From the IMG/VR virus record IMGVR_UViG_2061766007_000699: a stretch of DNA of 64,000 bases; one strand, written 5' to 3'. The notes under the pieces were generated by a model. It did no database searches, had not been told where the DNA came from, and was given only the letters and a program-made list of their open reading frames with translations. Positions 58,607 through 64,000 of this stretch are shown here, piece after piece. The DNA comes from an uncultured virus (IMG/VR IMGVR_UViG_2061766007_000699) (Duplodnaviria > Heunggongvirae > Uroviricota > Caudoviricetes). Each line of letters begins with the position of its first letter. The stretch's first letter is position 1. The translations under genes and the position numbers were made by a program.

Positions 58607-59353
58607 CTAGGATTGGTCTTCCTTCTTATCTAGCCATGTAAAAGACACGGGCTCGTAATCCATACCCAAGATGTCCACTTTATCTCTACACTTCACCAAT
58701 GGAACGGGTTTGTCGGAGTTATGGAGAAACATCTTCATCATTGTCCCCGCCCCACGAATCTGATATGTTGACATGAAAGCTATTTTGCCTGTCTTTACCT
58801 CATCGGCAAACTCATTGGCTACAACAGCGGAATAAACCACTTGAGACGGTCTAGGCTCGCTTCCTGACTTCATCAGTTCCTCGTTTCTCTCAACTATCCT
58901 CTTGAAAAGTCTTTGTGCGAGTTCAGACCTATGAAGGATGTAAAACATGGATTCAATGTTCAGTCTACATTCCTTGAAATTCAGTTTAAGCCAAGCAACT
59001 TCAATCATGAGATTTGGATTGCGCTTCTTCCACACGGCATTCGGATATATTTCTTTCTCCCATGTTGTTGAATATGGAGAAGAAATGAACATCGCTTCTA
59101 TTCCCTTTTCCTTACAGTATTCAATCATCGGAGACAAATCTTGCATGATTTGAATGCTAGAATCCATCACGATTACCCATTCCGAAGATGTGAAATCAAA
59201 CGGATGGGTTTTCACATGCAAAGTCTTCAGCCAATTTGACGAGTCTTTTTTTGGATTGGAAACAACGACATGTTCCACTTCTTTGGAAATGCTTTCGGGT
59301 TTCCTGACCTTATCATAACCGCCAAAGTTGTATGTCAATACGGAATACTTCAT
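58607..59353 (-). CDS. putative GT-A glycosyltransferase
   Basis: VLTYNFGGYD N-terminus, KTHPF, VMDSS. Confidence 0.55.
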   Translation of the reverse strand: MKYSVLTYNFGGYDKVRKPESISKEVEHVVVSNPKKDSSNWLKTLHVKTHPFDFTSSEWVIVMDSSIQIMQDLSPMIEYCKEKGIEAMFISSPYSTTWEKEIYPNAVWKKRNPNLMIEVAWLKLNFKECRLNIESMFYILHRSELAQRLFKRIVERNEELMKSGSEPRPSQVVYSAVVANEFADEVKTGKIAFMSTYQIRGAGTMMKMFLHNSDKPVPLVKCRDKVDILGMDYEPVSFTWLDKKEDQS

Positions 59354-60075
59354 ACTTGCAACTGTCTCATGATGTCATTTATCACGGGTTTTTGTTTGGT
59401 GTAGAAATCTTTGGCATAATCCTTGTAGTCAGGTCTCCAACTTGCACCTTCAATGTGAAAGAAATAATCGTCAGGATTGTCTATCACCATGTCCAACGAA
59501 ATGACTTTGCCTCCCTTCTCCATGATGTCCTCGTAAAATGTCGCACCCACATCGTATTTCGCAATGCCGTCTTTTCTGCATTCGCCTTCGTCTATTCTGA
59601 AGAATTTAGATGAATCGGTCTTCCTGATTTTCTCCATGTTCATGAAGTCTATGTCATGCGAATTGACCCATTCCACATCAATGAAGCAATACCAAGGATT
59701 GACACGGGGCTTCAAAATCCATCCTCCTCTAGAGCTAGACACTTCTCCCAACAGCTGAAAATTCTTGGTCTTCATGAAGTTCACTATGGGCTGTGGATTG
59801 GCTCTGAGAAAACAATCTTCGTCCAACAGCAGACAATACTTGGTCTTGATTTTCTTCAGAGCGGAGTTGACCGTCTGAGCGTGTTTGCCGTTGATGTTGT
59901 TTTGGAACGGAATGTGGTGCTCCAAAAGAAACATCCTGTTATCGTTGAAGTCTCTAGGCGAGTTTTCGTAAATGATGAGACGGTCTAGTAGCCCAAGTCT
60001 CCTCAGAGTTTCGTATTGGATTTTCAGACAATCTGTCGCTTTGTAGGCACACATCAGAATGGTATAGTCGCTCAT
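59350..60075 (-). CDS. GT2-like glycosyltransferase
   Basis: TILMCAYK, IIYENS, TKYCLLLDED (DxD), YDVG, HIEGASW. Confidence 0.7.
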   Translation of the reverse strand: MSDYTILMCAYKATDCLKIQYETLRRLGLLDRLIIYENSPRDFNDNRMFLLEHHIPFQNNINGKHAQTVNSALKKIKTKYCLLLDEDCFLRANPQPIVNFMKTKNFQLLGEVSSSRGGWILKPRVNPWYCFIDVEWVNSHDIDFMNMEKIRKTDSSKFFRIDEGECRKDGIAKYDVGATFYEDIMEKGGKVISLDMVIDNPDDYFFHIEGASWRPDYKDYAKDFYTKQKPVINDIMRQLQV

Positions 60076-60752
60076 TAAGGGGCCTCAAACTTGGATGAAA
60101 ATTCCTCTTTGTCCATTACCTTGATGTCAGTGGTGTTTGGCCAATAGACTACCATCTGTCCTTCTCTAGCGACAATGTGCTTTCCGCAAATGTCTAGATT
60201 GATGTATTCCGTTGCCTCAAACACTTGCACCTTCAGCGGCTTCTGCTTGGCTTCAAACAACTTGAACTCTTCCATCGTGTGAATGGGCTCGTGAGTCCTG
60301 ATGCTCTTGTATGCCTTGAACAGACTTTCAAACTGAGCGTTGTATAGGATACCTTCACGCTCCCAAATGGGGTCTTCGGTGCCATCGTATATTCTCGTGA
60401 AAGGCACCGTGATGTTGAACTGTTCCTTGACCTTGGCTTGATTTTCCTTGAACAGGTATACAACAGTCAATTCTTTTTTCAGAGAGCCAAGATACTTCAT
60501 GTTCTTCAAGTATTCTGAGCACGAGGAACAATGCTCTGCGTTTACAAATCCGTATAGTCCTACCTTTGGCTTCATCTTTTCAAACTCGCCATAGGTAATC
60601 GTGTCCTTGATGGATTCGTCTTTCTGAATGGGTTTCGGACTGTTCTTGGTCTTTTCAAAGAGTTCCTTGGCATACCTAATCTTTTCAAGCGTTTCCTTGA
60701 ACTCAGGAGAATCTTTGTCCTTCAACAGGTTTTCAATGATTTTGTCATCCAT
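60075..60752 (-). CDS. thioredoxin-fold protein
   Basis: HCSSC and ITVPFT motifs. Confidence 0.55.
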   Translation of the reverse strand: MDDKIIENLLKDKDSPEFKETLEKIRYAKELFEKTKNSPKPIQKDESIKDTITYGEFEKMKPKVGLYGFVNAEHCSSCSEYLKNMKYLGSLKKELTVVYLFKENQAKVKEQFNITVPFTRIYDGTEDPIWEREGILYNAQFESLFKAYKSIRTHEPIHTMEEFKLFEAKQKPLKVQVFEATEYINLDICGKHIVAREGQMVVYWPNTTDIKVMDKEEFSSKFEAP

Positions 60753-60796
60753 AGACTCACCTCTCTCTCCATTATATATGCGAGAAAATATAGCAA

Positions 60797-60824
60797 AAAA
60801 GAGCTAGCTTTGCGCTAGCTCTTT
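60797..60824 (-). terminator. intrinsic terminator
   Basis: aaaagagctagc-tttgc-gctagctctttt. Confidence 0.75.
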
Positions 60825-60842
60825 TGATGAGATTGTCTGATA

Positions 60843-61811
60843 CTACATCTTGCCGATGTAGTTGTTGCCACTACCAAAGTTGCGTAGACGAGTAACTTTT
60901 CTCAGCGGAACATTACCATATTCTTTGCTGTCAGAAATGAAAATGTCCTCAATTCGCTTCGCTTCTTCGGGGTCGCACTTGCTAGTTCCGTTTTTGGTGA
61001 ATTTTTCGTAATCCCAACCGAGTTCGTTAGTCCCCCATTCGTCAAAGCATTCAATCCACCACTCGCCATTGTCACTGCTGTTGATATAAACAACGCATGG
61101 GTGCCACTTCTTGTCATACTCGTTGTAATACTGCCGCATTGTGTATGGGATGAAATCTGTGTGGTTACGGTGTGCTTCCTTCAGTATCCGGCCACGAGGA
61201 CGGCGGGATTCTTCAATCTCACCTTCTGAAACTTCGTAGTCAACCTTGGGGTTTCCGTATATATAGGTATCCCCATAGACCTTGGCGTTCCCGAACACTT
61301 GGGCATCGTCTTCCAACCAAGCATCCCCGTATACCTTGGCGTGTCCATACACCAAAGCCCATCCGGTCACATTGGCTTTCCCATGAACATGGGCATTACC
61401 AAATATCTTGGGTTCCCCATATACCTTGGCGTGTCCATACACCAAGGCATTTTCGCAAACCTTGGCATCTTCATAGACCATAGCTTCATCGTCTACCCAA
61501 CAATTCCCTTCATGACTCAGATTTCTCTCTGATTCAATCCAACCGCCAATGTCACCTTTCTCAACATTTCCAAAATCCTTCAATGCACGGATTCGGTGTA
61601 GGGTGTGACCTCTCCTCCTCATGGTTTCACTAGTAAGTTCGTATTTTTTGTCTCCGTTTTCTTCCTTCAACATACGGCCTCTGCGTGAGAGAGATTCCTT
61701 CATATCTTCATCAAGTCCTGTTGGAGAAAACCCGTGTCTATCAGACTCAAACTCATCTATAGTTTTCTTCGCCAACTCTTCAACATAATCTTCCATATCC
61801 CAATATGCCAT
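60843..61811 (-). CDS. three-module protein: acidic leader, hexapeptide-repeat (left-handed beta-helix) domain, C-terminal domain
   Basis: KYELT...HRIRALKDFGNV + A.VYG repeats flanked by ESLSRRGRMLKEE and EESRRPRGRILKEA; CTAAATA at 61844. Confidence 0.75.
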   Translation of the reverse strand: MAYWDMEDYVEELAKKTIDEFESDRHGFSPTGLDEDMKESLSRRGRMLKEENGDKKYELTSETMRRRGHTLHRIRALKDFGNVEKGDIGGWIESERNLSHEGNCWVDDEAMVYEDAKVCENALVYGHAKVYGEPKIFGNAHVHGKANVTGWALVYGHAKVYGDAWLEDDAQVFGNAKVYGDTYIYGNPKVDYEVSEGEIEESRRPRGRILKEAHRNHTDFIPYTMRQYYNEYDKKWHPCVVYINSSDNGEWWIECFDEWGTNELGWDYEKFTKNGTSKCDPEEAKRIEDIFISDSKEYGNVPLRKVTRLRNFGSGNNYIGKM

Positions 61812-61861
61812 ATAAACCTCACAAAACGGTGTTGTTCTGATACTATTTAGTCAATATAGCA

Positions 61862-61891
61862 AAAAGGAGAGGGCCGAAGACCCTCTCCTTT
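61862..61891 (-). terminator. intrinsic terminator after the tail sheath gene
   Basis: aaaggagaggg-ccgaaga-ccctctccttt. Confidence 0.8.
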
Positions 61892-61915
61892 CGTTTTTCG
61901 TCTGTTTTCTCGTGT

Positions 61916-64000
61916 CTATACCTCTTCCATGCTGACACCTGTTCTAGTGATGATGACACGGACATTGATGTATTCAATGGTCTTGACAGGCTGAACATAG
62001 AGGTCTACTGCAAGCTCGTTGTTGTCAATGACCTGAGCGGTGTTGTTGCTGTCATCGCAAACACAGTTCCAAGCATAGACACCACCCGCTGAATAGACAG
62101 TTTCCATGAAGGCATCAATGTTGGACTTGACACGGCCTCTGAGAGTTGGGGTATTGTTTTCAAACAAGTAGGACGCCAACATGGGTTCTATGCTGTTCTC
62201 AATGTATAGGAGAAGTCTACGGACATTGATACGGTCTAGAGCAGTGGCCTTGACCTGACCCGTCTTCTGACCCCACATGAAGTCACCCGCACCACGGACA
62301 CGCTTAGAAGTGTTGATGTTTGAATTATACATGAAACCAATTTCTTGCTCACTAAAAACTTTCAGAGCATCTAGAGTATTCATCGCCCCTCTCTGAAGCC
62401 CAGCGGGTGCATTCCACACATTCGCCACATTGTCATTGTGGGCGATAATTCTACCCGCAAAGCAGACCTTGGGGAGGTAGATTCTAGCGTTGGTGTATTG
62501 GTCATAAACCAAGTCAGCACCCGCATACATGGCGCAATAGCTGTTTCTAGCGTAGCTCATGTTGTTCAGCGAGTCAACGAGAGCAACGGCATCGGTAGTC
62601 TTCAGACCGCCACAGGGTAGAACGGCAAAGCAGTCCTTTCTCGTGTTGGCGATTTCGGCCACGGTCTGAACGGCATCGCTAATGCTGTTATCGTTGACAT
62701 ACGGAGCCATCAGGATGTTGGGAGTGCACTGTTCCTTTGACTTGAAGAGGTTTTGCCATGCTTCGGTGATTCCGTTTGTCTGATTGGCAATATCGTAGAC
62801 ACCCTTTGCGAGAGGAGCGATATTGGCTACCTTCTGACCTGTGGATTCGGTATCAAACCCGCCATCAAACACATCGCCCGGTGCCGTTTCAGAAGGCTTC
62901 AGATTGTCATAGTCCCATTTCTGATTGCAAGTGATGGTCACCTTGATTGTGTCTTCGTCAGCAGAAGTGGTAGTCATTTTGTAATCGCTGAAATCCGCAC
63001 CCATGGCGTTGACGGGGACAATCTTGTAATTGACAACATTTCCGTTAACGGTGAAAACGGAGGCGGCTGAAGTAACACCATCGGCACCTTTAACGATATA
63101 TGCACCTTCGTCATCGGTAGTTTCAATTTTGAACTCGTCACCTTCAAGATAAGCACTAGTAATTTCACCCCAATCACCCGCAATCGTCCAAGCAAGATTG
63201 CCAAGATAGGTGCTTGAAACTTCTGTAGCGGAGGTTTCGCCCTCAGCCTTCACGGAATCCAATTCAATTTCCGCAGAAGTGACCCAATTCTCAACTTCGG
63301 TGAAATAAGTGGCGGAGGTTTCCATCTGTCCAACAGGATTGACATAGATGTAGTTGGAGTTGCCGTTGATGACGGTCTTGGCATACATGGAGTTGCCCTG
63401 ATAGTCCTTGGCTAGAGGGTCATTGGAGACAATCCACGATTCAACAGGAACTAGAGTCTTGCTTGGGTCTTTGCCATCATTGGAAAGGCTGTCCCATTTG
63501 GCATCCTCGTAGGAGTCCTGATGGTCTTTCACATAGACATTGACACGATAGTAGTGGACATCATCACCCGCTGAGTTCTTTTCAGGATACTTGCCCTTCC
63601 AAGAATAGCCGTAGGTGTAGTCCATGCTGTCCGTTTCCACATCGTTTTCGGTGATGATGGAAATGCCAACATCGTCATTGTAATTGGAGGCACCGAGAGC
63701 GACAATGTTGAGGCCGCTGTCATTGAGCTGTTCACCCGCATAATAGAGAGTGGGCTTGTTGCCGTCAGCGAACTCACCCGCCCACATACCGCTACCTGAT
63801 TCGTTGGCGGTAGTCCTAGTGGCAGAACAGCTAGTGTCTAGGGTCAAACCCCCAACAACGGAGTCGCTGTTGGCGGGGCGAACAAAATACATGAAGTCCG
63901 ATTCCTTTAGGAACTCTAGTCCGCAATACATCGGATATTCAGCGGAGACACCTGAAACAGGCTTGCCGAAGACTTCAGCAAAATTGGAATTGCCTGTAAT
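61916..64000 (-). CDS. gp18: tail sheath protein, gp18-like (5' end outside the window)
   Basis: RKDCFA, WNAPAGLQRG, WGQKT, DRINVRRL, FENN, CDDSNNT; frame open to the window edge. Confidence 0.95.
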   Translation of the reverse strand: MTGNSNFAEVFGKPVSGVSAEYPMYCGLEFLKESDFMYFVRPANSDSVVGGLTLDTSCSATRTTANESGSGMWAGEFADGNKPTLYYAGEQLNDSGLNIVALGASNYNDDVGISIITENDVETDSMDYTYGYSWKGKYPEKNSAGDDVHYYRVNVYVKDHQDSYEDAKWDSLSNDGKDPSKTLVPVESWIVSNDPLAKDYQGNSMYAKTVINGNSNYIYVNPVGQMETSATYFTEVENWVTSAEIELDSVKAEGETSATEVSSTYLGNLAWTIAGDWGEITSAYLEGDEFKIETTDDEGAYIVKGADGVTSAASVFTVNGNVVNYKIVPVNAMGADFSDYKMTTTSADEDTIKVTITCNQKWDYDNLKPSETAPGDVFDGGFDTESTGQKVANIAPLAKGVYDIANQTNGITEAWQNLFKSKEQCTPNILMAPYVNDNSISDAVQTVAEIANTRKDCFAVLPCGGLKTTDAVALVDSLNNMSYARNSYCAMYAGADLVYDQYTNARIYLPKVCFAGRIIAHNDNVANVWNAPAGLQRGAMNTLDALKVFSEQEIGFMYNSNINTSKRVRGAGDFMWGQKTGQVKATALDRINVRRLLLYIENSIEPMLASYLFENNTPTLRGRVKSNIDAFMETVYSAGGVYAWNCVCDDSNNTAQVIDNNELAVDLYVQPVKTIEYINVRVIITRTGVSMEEV

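Overview
This is a 64 kb piece of a large T4-like (contractile-tailed) phage genome in the standard genetic code, with several N-gaps from scaffolding. Nearly everything from 3.8 kb onward is on the minus strand. 1-2.2 kb is largely non-coding and holds two arrays of DnaA-box-like 9-mers at 11-bp spacing. 2.2-3.6 kb is a plus-strand operon of small, mostly membrane, peptides. 3.8-19 kb holds small early/middle genes, a PD-(D/E)XK exonuclease, an HNH endonuclease and an RNA cluster: tRNA-Arg(UCU) split by a group I intron, tRNA-Leu/Gly/Tyr, two atypical tRNA-like genes and several unexplained structured RNAs. 19-64 kb is the virion module: baseplate (gp6/25/5/53/48/26-like), tape-measure-like proteins with peptidoglycan hydrolase domains, tail-tube paralogues, gp13/14/15, terminase, RegA, tail sheath and two glycosyltransferases. 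The two strongest leads are: (i) a dispersed family of late genes built from unrelated acidic modules joined by a conserved ES-R-x-x-RGRxL(K/R)E linker, four of which share a promoter-plus-hairpin leader, suggesting protease-processed capsid cargo; and (ii) two transposase-less TnpB genes, each followed by an unrelated late-module gene that starts with the same 15-mer ATGAGTGTAA(A/G)TTCC, which is complementary to the TnpB 3' end. All protein assignments come from motif recognition and gene order; no database searches were run.
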